A stretch of 64,000 nt of DNA from Perkinsus chesapeaki ATCC PRA-425. Lineage: Eukaryota; Protista; Perkinsozoa. Of this stretch, positions 36,300 through 48,600 are shown piece after piece (the first letter of the stretch is position 1; each line of letters opens with the position of its first letter). The position numbers were made by a program, and so were the translations under genes. The stretch is taken from positions 34,741-98,740 of the forward strand of contig JAAPAO010000059.1 in the NCBI GenBank assembly GCA_013115145.1. The letters are read 5' to 3'. Below the pieces are notes generated by a model. The model was not told the DNA's origin. It did not search any database and saw nothing but the letters and a program-made list of their open reading frames with translations.

Positions 36300-38148
36300 G
36301 TGAGCGCCTCGGTGAGCAGCAGCAGCAGTGAAGAGGCTCTGGTTGGTAGGTGTGTATAGGGGCAAGCAGCTACATGACGATATCATATTTTCTAATCTAG
36401 AAGTCGGGTACGGCAAGTATATGATAGGTAATCGGTAGTGTATCATCTCGACAGTCAAAGGCACTATCCTCAGGGCTAGGGTGCGGATGTCTGATAGCTG
36501 CGGTGGTCGGTGCTCTGTCAGCTTATAGTCGTAAACGGTGGCTGCTATCTGGGTAAGGAGGACCGCATGGCTCTATTGGCCTGATCCTCTTAGATACGTT
36601 GCTCTTTCGGTGTTGCTGGGAGGGAGCCTTCTCACAGTGGCATGTGTGGGCATGTTCCCAGCTGTTTGTTCCTTTATCGGCGTAATTGACAGGTTCTGGC
36701 GGCTATTAGCAGGACTGATGCTGATAGATTTGATACCGTGTGTGGGCGGAAGCGGGATACCGGTAGTAGTGGGGAGGGGCACTAAGTTCGGATACCAACC
36801 TTCAAAGCAACCTCGGGTCGTGCTGATGAAAAAGGGCCACACTGCCCAGCATTCATTCCAAATAACGCTGGATCTATGATAGCCGTAATCAGTGTAAGGT
36901 CTTTTGTGGAACTGGCCGTGTTCAATTCGGTTATTAAGTAGTTCCAAGACTCCCTTGGAGGGAGTCCCTCTGCACATATGTCTACCCCTTTCATATCCGA
37001 CTTCCCTAGCGCTTCCCTGCTATGTGGGAGCTGCTCTACTCTCTGATAGGTGCACTTTATGGCTCTGAGAGAATGGTCCGGCTGATGCATGAATATGACA
37101 GTATGAATCAGGCGCTACATAACTGCATGCGAAGGTACTCCTTCACTATACTGGAGGACAGGTAGCCTCTCATTGGTAGTCGTACCAATACGTCTGGCGA
37201 AGCCCCAGGCCAACTGATGTCCCTGGACAGCTGCCCAGGGGCTTTGGATGACCAGCTGGTGCCATGGGAAGCCCATCGGTGATCGTGGAACAGCTAGGCT
37301 TGCTAAGGGAGGATATTAGGTACTGGGGGCTGTTTAAGGAGTCTGAAAGGAGGTATCATTGTGGTGGAGCATGTGATGCTGGATCACCGTTGTTTGGATG
37401 GCCGCAGGATGTTGGCAAAGGAGGGGTAGTAGTGGAGGGGGGCTCTTACGGTAGGCGATATATGAAACGTTATTTGGGGTCCAGTGGGTCGTAAGCTGTA
37501 TAGCTTCACGAGCATGGGTGGTGGGAACTAGCTCACAGTAATCCTATTGGGCTTGCCGGTTTGTCCAGGAAGATTGACAGACCGTATCTAATCTACCATT
37601 TCTGGGACGAATCAATGCAATCAATCAATTGTAATGCAACTAACAACTCGAAGGAGCGTTGGGATCTCCTGGATAGTCATAACCATGGTATCTTGCCTAT
37701 AGGGCAATAGGACCGACTGTTTCTTGCTCTGCTTCTTGTAGGTACTGCCTCCTGATAATGCTGATGACTTGCTATTGGACCCTTGTATTAAGGGGATATT
37801 GTTGGACATTCGACAGCAGGCAAATACCAACGCGTAGCAACCTTCCCTCTATATTTGATAGGAGTCTGGTCAGGACCATGTCTCTAGCAGCGGCTGTGCC
37901 TTTGTTGCTATCGGGCTTCTGTGGGGCCCTCCTGTGTTGCAGTAGAGCACAGAAGAGGTTGAATAGGAGAAGGCAGAATAGGCTCTATCAGCTAGCCCCA
38001 CGAGGCAAGTCCAGTTCGAGCATTCAAGTCTGGGTCGAAAAGTGCTTCAGGCACCGAACCGAGCGTCATATCGATCATGCTTGAGGACGGCGGCGGTAGC
38101 AGCTCGGATGAGAGTGATGATTACGATTATTAGCAGTCATGATGCCAT
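36300..38148 (-). CDS. Probable multi-exon hypothetical gene, structure unresolved, head-to-head with the nuclease
   Basis: Series of GT-AG bounded open segments (ARYHGYDYPGDPNAP, TVCQFPGQTGKPNRIT|LTTHWTPNNVSYIAY, ORF 36782-37090); signal-like 5' segment contains an in-frame TGA. Confidence 0.35.
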
Positions 38149-38232
38149 GTTACATTATAATGTTTCATTCTCACACTCGAGATCTGCGTACAAGTTTGGT
38201 TATTATTATTCTCAAGGCTGGGTTACCCTCAA

Positions 38233-40451
38233 ATGACCATACGTGCTTTATCAACGTTGCTGTTCCTGTTGGTGCAGTCGCAGGTGAATGCCTGGGGCAT
38301 GGACGGCCATTACATAGTAGCCGCCATAGCGGAGAGGATAGTCTCGGATAGAGTCAGTAATAACGGCGGTGCTGCAATAAGCAACACTTGACAGTTGCCG
38401 CGTTCAGTTGCCGGGGTCAATGAGACTCTTGGTCGAGGGCAGGATATGATTAGCGTTGCGTGCTGGGCCGACCAAGCCTCTCATAGCGCAGAGTGAGTCC
38501 TGGGCTCCTACAGCGTGCTTGGCAGGTGCTGTCGTAGGTATCGATGGACTGCCCCTTTGCATTTTGTTGACACTCCTACGAGGCAGTGTAAAATGGATTA
38601 TGTCCGTGATTGTCCCAATGACTTCTGTGTTATTGGTGCTATATACAACTACACCAATAGAGCTATTGTAATAAAGGGAAGATGCGGCTCCAGTAGGCAG
38701 CAGCTTAAACAGGGGGCATTGGGCTCTACGCCCCTCCAGCCAAGCCCTACTTTGGGAATGAGCTAGCTCTTAACCATATTCTCACGTATATTTGTGTGTC
38801 ATATTATCTCACCCTATACTCATTGGACTTGATAGCTAGTTCCCTCTAGTTAAGAGACTATAAGACTTCTTAGAGACTAGTAGAAGTGAGATTCGTCATA
38901 GTCTGCTGCCCTCTTCAGTCCGAAACTGAAAGCAGAGCCGGTCGGGAATTCGCTATGAAGCTGGTCATACACTTCCTTGGTGACGTTCATCAACCTTTGC
39001 ATGTCGGATTCAGAGGAGATCGAGGCGGCAATGAGATCCATGTACAACTGCATCGCTCCGCGGCTTCCAACTCTGTGATAGGTTACTACGGACTTTGCCC
39101 CGCCTGGTCCCAGACATAAGGTGGAGAGTAAACTCCATCAGGTGTGGGATACTGGCATTATTACACAGTAAGGGAGCGGGGTAGATCTATCGTAGATCAG
39201 AAGAAAGTTTGGTAGGAATAGTTGATGGAAGCTGGCCGGCTCGTACGGCGAGCCCAATTGTTTGCTTCGTCAAGCCACCTTGATATCTACCTGATTGCCT
39301 GTGGACCTTCCAAATTCCTTCGTTCGGGACAGGTTCCTATAACTGAAAGGATTCCTTGTTTTATAGGGATGAATTCGAGCTCCGTGTAGCACGTCGGAGA
39401 GAGCATCGGAAGATACCTCCACATGAGCCGTATAAACATAAATACGAGGAAAGATGGTAGTAAATCTGAGGGATAATGTGGACGGCTAAATTCCCTATAT
39501 ACCCATCATAATGATAATTGGGTCCGTTTTAATGACTGATCATCGTTCGGCCGCCTCTGAGCGTGGCTTGCATTTCTCACTGTAAATCTCTCAGGCATGA
39601 ACTACTGGAGCATTTATGGGCTAAGCTGTCTAAGGGAGGCGAGTTCGCAAAGCACCGAGAAGAGTGGTTGCAGCCATGTCGGACTAATGGCCTTTTGGAG
39701 TGCACCAAGACCATGGCAGAGGAGAGCCTAGCGGTGGCCTGCACAGCTGCGTAGGTCATGGGCAGCAGCCATCCTCGGCTGAGGCCTACCGTTCGTCCGT
39801 CAAATCGTTGAGGCAGAATACTCCTTAGTGCCTCATGGGGAGAAGACCGTTTTGATTTCTCGAACTTCCCTTTCGACCCCAGCATCTGGATAGTAGTTTG
39901 GAATGTAATGGGCAGGTACCACGATGAGTATCGCAGATGGATAGCTGATGGTGACGTATTGGATAGGGACTATTTCTTAAGTAGGAATCCTTTGATGGAA
40001 GAGCAGCTCGCCAAGGGAGGGGTAATAATACCACAGCAACTCCATGGCCCACGGCGATACATTAGTCTTCTGTGTCTCCCAATACGTATTGGAAGGAGAA
40101 CAGTGGTTAGAGGATAATCGCAATTGTAGGGCATCCTTCGTGCTTGTGATGATTGCAGCTCGCAGTGAATCCGCGTAGCTCGATTCGGGTAGCGGAGATG
40201 TTTCGGCTGGGTATCGCTTTTCATAATTTACCTCAAAAATGCCTTGTTGTTATTTTCTCTATATAACTAGTACCGGTCTGGTACGGGCTTCCGAAAGCCC
40301 GATTGCACGTTGTGTTGCTCAGGTGCGTCTAGCCTGGGTTCTCCAGCAGATGTTTGGCAGTCATCGCCATCGACATCACCGTCACTCTCATAAGAAGAAG
40401 CAGCCCCACATACCGAAGACTGGTGAAGAGGTTGTTGTAGAGTATGTCTAG
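38233..40451 (+). CDS. Secreted S1/P1-family (class I) nuclease, multi-exon
   Basis: Signal peptide then WGMDGHYIVAAIA; WAD; LHFVDTP..C..DY.RDCPNDFCVIGAI; IHFLGDVHQPLHVGFRGDRGGN; KLHQVWD; EEQLAKGGVRLAWVL. Confidence 0.92.
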
Positions 40452-40536
40452 TAATTCTGAACTGGCATCCCATCCGTTATATTTCTAATTGGTTCTTGCA
40501 CATATGCCAATTGAAGCCGTAGCCTGTAGTTGTGTT

Positions 40537-41361
40537 ATGTCCAACAAGTGTGAGTTCGCAGGGGCAGCGGCAGTGGGATCCGAAGGTGGAACCTAGCAAA
40601 CCTCCGAGTTGCATTTTCCAGTTGCTGCAGCGACTCGGGAGTGGCCTGGGATTGGGTTGGAGACAATAGTGATTGTTAGGCCTACTACGTGTTGTTGGTT
40701 GTGTAATGTCCTGGCCTGGGCCTACTCCACCTCCAGATCCTGCAGCACAGGCCTATCAAGCAATGATGGCCGCCGCACATATCCAACAGCAGCAGCAGCA
40801 GCAATGGCAGCAACAGCAGCGGTAGTAGAGTGTAACATCACCCTTACGGTTTCCATTATCGGATTGAGTTAGAATTCAACAGTTGCTACTGTACGCATCA
40901 GCTAATAACGCACCAACTTGGCCGGTATTTTCCTCGGTAACTGTAACGGATTTCGTCTTCATTTTAAGATGCCGTGTACGGTAGCAGCTATGGCGGAAAG
41001 GGCTAAGTTCAGGAACCAAATTCACGGTCGCAAATTTGAAATATTAGTTCATTTATACACTCAGTAAGATATAGATTCCTAAAGGCTCGCTTATTCAGGC
41101 CGGGTAGCGCTCCCCCAGGGTCATTACTACCGCCACCGTTCCCTCCAATGCCCGGGATGGTGACACCGCCGCCGCCGTCGATGATGCCACACGTTGGAGT
41201 TGCTATGCCACCAGTGATGCCACCTATGATGCCATTCATGCCCCCTCTGCCCCCCATGCAAGGGATTGTTCCGAGAGTAAGGGTCTGCTACTGTTTCAGA
41301 CGTTACTGAGATACGGCTGTAGGTACCTATAGCCAATCCTCCTAGCCAGCCGATAGGGTAA
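40537..41361 (+). CDS. Low-complexity Pro/Gln/Met-rich hypothetical protein
   Basis: Plus-strand frames give PPPDPAAQAYQAMMAAAHIQQQQQQWQQQQ and MPGMVTPPPPSMMPHVGVAMPPVMPPMMPF, bounded by splice sites; start tentative. Confidence 0.55.
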
Positions 41362-41499
41362 TAGAAATAGGGATACTGGGCCTGGCAGACAGCTGTGGGG
41401 AAATCCCACTTTCTTGTTTATTTGAAATATTGTAACTGGAGTATGAGGCTGGCGAAATGTTGAACTGAAATTGTTTATAGGGAAATATAAAATAATACA

Positions 41500-42400
41500 T
41501 TGACCTATATTACCATAGTCTTGACATTGCGCTGCAGAAGGAGTTTGAACTTAAAGAGTGTCCTTTTTCCTAGGCCTATATGGGAGCGGATATCGCTACC
41601 TGCCGGTGCGGAGGCTCGAGATGAGCTCCGATCCAAGCTGTTGGGGTGGGATATGGAGTTGGATGGCCATGGGGAGGCACTACAGGGGGACAGTCATCTC
41701 GCTGAAGGTCGCTCGCCCTCGCCGTGTCCTCGCCACTACGCCCTGTATAGGTATACGAAGCTGCGTCAACGAGCTTTGTTCCAGTGTAGCGGAGCAGCAA
41801 CGGATACAGATGTCTTTGTATAATGCAATGGGTAAAGGACGAAGAGGCGGTAGCCAGTATTATAGTAATAATAATAAGGGCAACGCTCTACGATGGCTAG
41901 CTTCCGAACTACTAGGGTTAAACTACTGGCAAGGTCTGATAGCATGCTCGGTGCTATCTAGCAGCAGTTGATCGCTGCATAAGCATGCTTGCATCGGCTG
42001 CAATATTGCGATACAAGGATGCCGCTTGCCTCTGCTTCGGCCCGTGCGATGGCCTGGTAGATGACCTACGAATACCATTGTGGTCAGGTAACAAAGTGAA
42101 CCTGCATCGATCGAACCTACAGGGTCTTCAACAAGCCATGGAGAAGGTACTGTCATGGCGTGCCCTTGTAGTCGTTGACAATATAATAGATAACTACATC
42201 ACTTGCTTTGCTGGATGAGGAGAAGTGTCCAGCTTTGGCGGAGTGGGTGGAAGGCTTAGTGGCAACGTGCGACAAAGTGAATGAAGTCTTTGGGCGGGGA
42301 GGCACCCCGGAAAAGGTAGGCCGACGTATGGGTGAATCTGGCACGGTAAACGAAACGGATGCAGCTGACAGATATCTCTATTGGGAATTATATTAGATTC
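41500..42400 (+). CDS. Coding exons, either the N-terminus of the helicase or a separate hypothetical gene
   Basis: Open, splice-bounded segments (RPIWERISLPAGAEARDELRSKLLGW, NKGNALRWLASELLG, LDEEKCPALAEWVEGLVATC). Confidence 0.4.
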
Positions 42401-42619
42401 TAGAATATACCACTTCAGCACTAGTGCTTACAGTACGCTGTGCACGCATGCCATTGTTGCATTATCCGACATGCTCGGACAACTACAGGGATGCTGGGAT
42501 ACAATGTCCACGGAAATAAGCTCACACTGTACTCTATAATACCGCCGTATCTACGTATGGTCAGCCTCCTTGGAATCGCACAATGCGTTAATCATTGGTT
42601 TAGAATTGACAGTTCTATC

Positions 42620-45600
42620 CCTGAGCCACCTCTTCCAGGTGCTAAACGCCTCTCCTTTCGCTTCAAGTTTATCAGCTATTAGAGAGTCCCTGAAGAGCTG
42701 TGATCCCTCCGAGAATGTAGGCCGAAGTCTATCAGATGGACTTCTCTCACCTCAGTTTGTCAGACACAAGTGGCGGCTGGAATCGGCCAGAGGCTCGGGA
42801 CGCTGGTCACTGATTTGGCTCGCTTTCTTATGGAGGTAGGGTGCAGTCTACCTTGGTCCTCCAGGTCTGGTGTTTAGAGCCGTCAAACTGTGCAGCGGCT
42901 GATCAATAGGCTTAGTCGAGAGGATGCATCACAGTCATCTTCACCGGAGGAGGTGACGGAGCGCGTAGATTGTGGGCGATGTTATGCTCTTAGGCGACAC
43001 CTGCTGCGACCAGTACGGTTTGGAACCCTTTCCTGGATCACCTGCCTATTGATGACCATCGCCCTACTATATTGGACAGAATAAAGAAGCAGACTGTTAC
43101 CCTTATACACGGAGATACGGGTAGACTTGTTGAGACGGTTTTGAGATGGATGCATCCCGTGCTGTAGGGTGCGGCAAGAGCTCCAGAGTCCCGCAGTTCA
43201 TATTGGAAGCCGATCCCAAGGCGCGAATAGTGGTGACACAGCCGAGACGACTCGCGGCTATCACTCTAGCCAACAGGGTTCGAGATGAAGTAACAGGAAA
43301 TTCTCACGCGCATCGAAATTATTACTATTCTTCAGCTGACCAGGTGTGGCAGGAACGGCAGTGCTCTGGTCGGATACCGAATCGGTGGTGGAGAGAAGAG
43401 CGAGTCAGCTGAAGGAGAGGGGGAGCCACAGATCCTCTTTGTGACAACTGGATACCTCCTGCAGAGTCTGGTACAGGACCCGACAAGGCTGTATAGCAAC
43501 TGGGATTACGTAAGACAGCGGAAGCTCGACGGGATGTTTTACGCTCTAAGGAGTCGTACCCAGTTTCACGTGGCAGTTGGTCTTAGGTAATCCTGGACGA
43601 GGCCCATGAGCGTGGTATGGACGTTGATCTTGTCATGTCTATTGTGCGCCTAATGCGGAGGCAGACATGTTCGCCTGACTTCAAGGTTATCGTTATGAGC
43701 GCCACGCTGCAAGGCAAAGTACTACGACTGTGACTTGTTCCAGGTTACCTCTCGTTGCCAGGTTTTGGCGGACTACTTCCGTGACCTTAATGCTGACAAC
43801 GCTAGAGGTTCCCTCAAACCTATCTATGTTGGAGTCAAGCGGTTCGCAGTGGAGAGGTGAGTGGTCTTGGCTGTGAACTCTGGCCGCCGGAAGTCTTGAT
43901 TTTACTAGTTACTTCCTTGACGACCTCTGGGGCCTGTCGAGGCCGCCCGATGTCTCTTCTGGATCTGTGGCTGACAAGATGAGAGCTCGGAATCAGACGT
44001 CTAAGGTGAGCCTGCGCTGGTCAGTCCCCGAGAAGTGGTTCAATGCGGCAGATCCTAGCCGCGGATTCCGGTGAGGGTATAAGTAAGCTCACTAAGCTGC
44101 AGGTAGGCATCATCTCTTCCGATACATCTGAAGATGCTTGTGTTGTCTAGGATACTGCCGCCGAAGCAGTTGACAGTAAGGCAGCTCCTGCGAACTACAC
44201 TGGGCTGTCAGATCTACGTGACAGTATGGATCTCTGGGGTGACTCTCTGGGGGTACCGCAGCAGCAGCTTCTCCAAATCTTTTATTCTACCGCTTTACTC
44301 TTCAGCCAGCAGCGGCCTCGGATGCAGTCACCAAGCTGGCAGCTGTGAATCAAGCGGCGAATCTCTCCCCAGCGACCAAGTACGACGCATTCCTTTCCTC
44401 CTCAATCTCTCGTCTTGTAATGTCCTCTTGGGCCGCCGCCGCACGCTCCTGAGCTCCGCGACGGGCGTACTTGTTTTCTCTGCAGCATTCCATCGACGAC
44501 TGCCTGACAACGGTCCATCGGTAGCTCTACGAGACCGAGGCTACTCTGGGCTCTGGTATTCCTCAAGCCCGGCCCGTTTTCATCTTTAGTGCGAAAGATC
44601 TCCAGTTCTTGTCTCATCTTAGGTATGACGTGCTGGTGTGGCGGTTGATTCAACACTTCTGTGACGGAGGTGACAGCGTAGTCGTATTCCTGCCTGGTAT
44701 TGCTGAGATATATGACCTCAACAATTACTACCGATCGACCATCGAGCCGACGTTGAGCTCCTCTCAGGTGGATTCATACTGAGACGAACGCATTGTGAAT
44801 TGCTCGTTGGCAGATCCGCTGTGAAGTTGTCGTGCTCCACAGTACTGTGCCGATAGAATACGATAGTGATGGGAATCTTCCGAGGCCTGGTGACAACGAA
44901 ATTAGAGTGTAAGCTCGGATCCTATATTTTATCGGCGAGAGGAAGAGCGGCTGGCTTTCTCCTCAAAACAGCTAAACTGTCGGCCGGGCCCTCTGTGAGT
45001 GTGTTCGTGCGCCACCATAAATTTCCTGGCTTCGAAAGGGAGCCGTGGCGTACAGGCACCGGAACTGAGCGTTCTTCCATTCGCTTGAAGTTCTCTGTCA
45101 ACCTGTCATCTTACCAGGTATCTTTCCACCAACATAGCTGAGTCAAGTGTCACTATACCAGGGGTCAAACTCGTCATTGACACCTGCATTGCTAGGCAGG
45201 TAAGTCCTCCGCTTGGTTGATTCCTGTCCCCTCTCACTCTCCATAGGTCGTCTACGATCAATCTCGCGAAACTGTAGGCGACTCGTCCTACCGGGCTACA
45301 CTTAAGAATGTGTGGACGAGCCAGGCGTCGTCAATGCAGAGAATGGGCCGTGCCGGGAGAGAGAGCAACGGCTTGTGTGTAAGAAGGCTCACAGCTGCAG
45401 CAAAAGCACTGCAGCTCCCTGGTGTTGCGCAGATTCGATTGGTGACCCGGCGGTGGTTCAATACTGGTATGACTAAGTACGATCGATGTGAGATGCAGCG
45501 GGCGCCTCTGGAAAAGATTTACCTGAATAGCAAGTATCTGTGCCAGCAACTTGTGAAGAAAATGCCAAGGCTTGGGTACGGTCACCGCTGAGCACTGGCC

Positions 45601-48600
45601 TCCACCTTAATTGCTACTCTCAGGCTCCTTACAGCTCGAACGTTGTTGCTGGAACACACACCAGAGCCTCCGGTAAGTGACAGCTAGTTGTGGTGGTTGG
45701 AGGAGTGGATGCCGCTCAGGACCTAGCCTCCCTCAATGCTACTGTGAACTCGCTAGAGCGGTATGGAGCGCTGACTCCGAGTCCAGGAGGAACAGAGTAC
45801 GCTCTCCTTTCGTTTGCTGGGTCGATCGGAGTTTCCTGATTCTCAGGCAACTGTCAGAAATTACTATACTGGGAAAGCTCTGCATTGTAATGCCACTAGA
45901 GCTGCGGCTCTGCAAAATAGTACGTCGTATGGATACTAGCCCATTCCTCTTGGAAGGCAGCTTGTAGGTTCTACTGAGTGTTTGGCTCGGCTGTGCTCTT
46001 GATGGTGTTCTTATCGCGTCCGCTCTCTCGTCGCAAGATCCCTTTACTATGCCGACTATGCTTGTTATGAAGGATTGGCGGCAGTTTGGCCGGAGTGCTA
46101 AGTCCAGCTACGAGGCCAGGTAAGAATTACACGCTTTATAGTGAACCGCCATCAGCTGTACTATGTAACTAGACAACTGTATGAAGCTTGATCTCATTTG
46201 CAGGTCTAAACTGGATGGTGGGTCCTATTCTGAGCCTTTGATGCTGAGGAACCTCTTGCGTAGCTGGTTGGTGTCCTACTATCACTCTGGTGGGGCCGAT
46301 GGCAGCGATCGCCAGAGCGTACTGAAACACACTATGGACTTCTGCAGGTGAGGGATACATCAGAAAGCTAAGGAGGCGGTAGGTTGCAATGTGAAATTCT
46401 GAGTACCAGCTATTATCATCCCTTGCCTACTCGTCAGCACTGGACGACGGTCATCGCATCATCCTTTATATCACATTGCTTGATGTTGCCAGGTCAACTA
46501 AGTTGGCTGTGATACCCCAACGGTTAACTAACATAGTTATGACAGTTATGGACGTCAGCAACAGGCTCCTCAAGATGTTAGAGCCAGGGACACTGGCCTA
46601 CCGGCAGGTGGGTGCATGGGCTTACTGGCTCACGGTGCCAGCCAGCGTCACTTCTTTCTGGCAGATATCATGTTTGCTTGAGCTACTCGGTCTCGGCGCT
46701 GACGTAGCCGAGAAGGAGGTGGTCGAAAGCCTGGAGAACTTTGGCCCAGCAGATGACGCCCTAATGCAGGTGAGTGGTGCCTCCCATAGATAGCGTTACC
46801 TCTAGTGTTGTTAGGCAATGCTTTGCGGTGCGTTCATGCCCAACCTCATAGTCGGCCGGCCTGGGAGACCACAGGCAGATGAGACACCACTCACTCTAGC
46901 GCTTGAGATGGATGTAAGCTCGATTTCTACTTCCTTGGCCGGTTGGCGTCGAATCTTATCGACGTTCTCGGCTGAAGGTGAAGGCCGTTTTTGTTGTGGG
47001 CTGGTAGTGGTATGTCACTCTCGGGTTGCTACCAAAAATATAATGTGACCGCTGAGATCCGCCCCATCGGCGTCCTCGTGCTGAGTTGTACTCCTTCAGA
47101 ATGCAACCGAGGCAGGCGCTGCTTCCTTGCTTGAGGGCCTCTTGACGAGTGGAATTCTGAGCTCCAAGGACAGGGTCAGAATCGATGTTACTCAACATGG
47201 GGTCATCTTCCGTGCTCCACCTCGGACTCGGAGCATTCCTCCGAAGCGGAAGGTCGATGACTATGAGGGAAGGGCCAAAAAGCGGCGTACAGTCGCTGGA
47301 AAAACCAAGGAAAATACGATGGACGATGACATGGCGGCTTTGGAGAAACTTGCTGAAGGAGAGGGAACAGTAGGAACACTCGGATGAAGGCCGTTAGTTC
47401 CAATTATCATTCAGGAGGACAAGTCGAGCTCTGCTGACCAGCAAGAGGTGCCCAAGGGTAGTCATAAGGCCTCGGTTGGGAACACAGCTGTTGACTTCCT
47501 TCAGACACTTACACCGGACTCGGAGTCTCTTGGAACGACGTTGAGAATGCCTGGGTTGTGAAACGGAGAGAGAAGATTGGAGGTCAGCAGTCGCTGTCAT
47601 CGTCATTGGCACTATCGCGCTGTTTAGATAACAGAGTAGTGGTTCGGAAGGCTTTCATCTCCGACGAGAACACCAGCCTGGTTAAAGCGCGTATGGATGC
47701 AATCAACTGGTAGGCGTCTTCAACGGCACCACAGCATCTCCCTACAATGCAGGTTCCTTGGGGGTTCAGCTGCCTTGGAGTTCCCAGCAGAGCTCTGTGC
47801 GCCCTTTGAGGACACTGTCCCCGTTCTAAAGCTACTGTCTAGTGTCATCGCCAACTGCCAGAAAGGTCGGCCTGGTCAGCTCAGCGCTCTGCCTACCTCA
47901 GATGGCGAGGTGAGGAGATTCCTCCAAACTTTGCCAGTTGCCTTTCTCCAGGTGTCTGTTCGCCCCATTGAAAGGAAGGCAGCTATACGATGGAAGACAG
48001 TGGGGGACCCCGTTGGGGACGACTCGGCTGACGATGATTCCACCGCAGCGATATGCAACTGGCGGAACGTCCTCGGTGGCCTTGCCGACTACGAGGAGGC
48101 CGCCTACCGGAAGACGTGAGGCCTTGCCAAGGTTCCCTGAGATAGAGTCTCCCTCAGTTTCTTCGGCGTATTCGTATCAATGCAGTCCGTCGGGAAGCAG
48201 TGCATGGTCGACGGCGTTACCCTCCTCGATCCTTCCCATGCCATATCATTAATCTTATGTTTCCTAGGGACGAGGTGAGGTCTCTGCCAAGCTGGGACCC
48301 GCAAACTCAGCCATCTTAGATATCACCGTGTCGATGTCACAGTGGACGTTCTATCGAGGCGCGTCACTGCCGCTGATATAATGTCCCTTGAAGTGAAGGG
48401 CCTTGATATTCCCGTTGACGTTTTTACTAGCATAGACAAGATACGGTGGGAAATTAGCCGACTATTTGAAGGTCAGCTGAATGCTCTCCGCCGTGCGCGA
48501 ATTTACACTTCCTTCAGCTTCGACTGCCAACTCAGCCCGGCTTCTCAAAGAGTCCAGAGATCTACCGCGGTACCTGTCGGAGATGCTAGTGCCTTGGGAG

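Noticed and set aside
41009-41336. Gly-rich minus-strand ORFs
   Set aside because: Antisense of the Pro/Met-rich plus-strand exon, which has proper splice sites.
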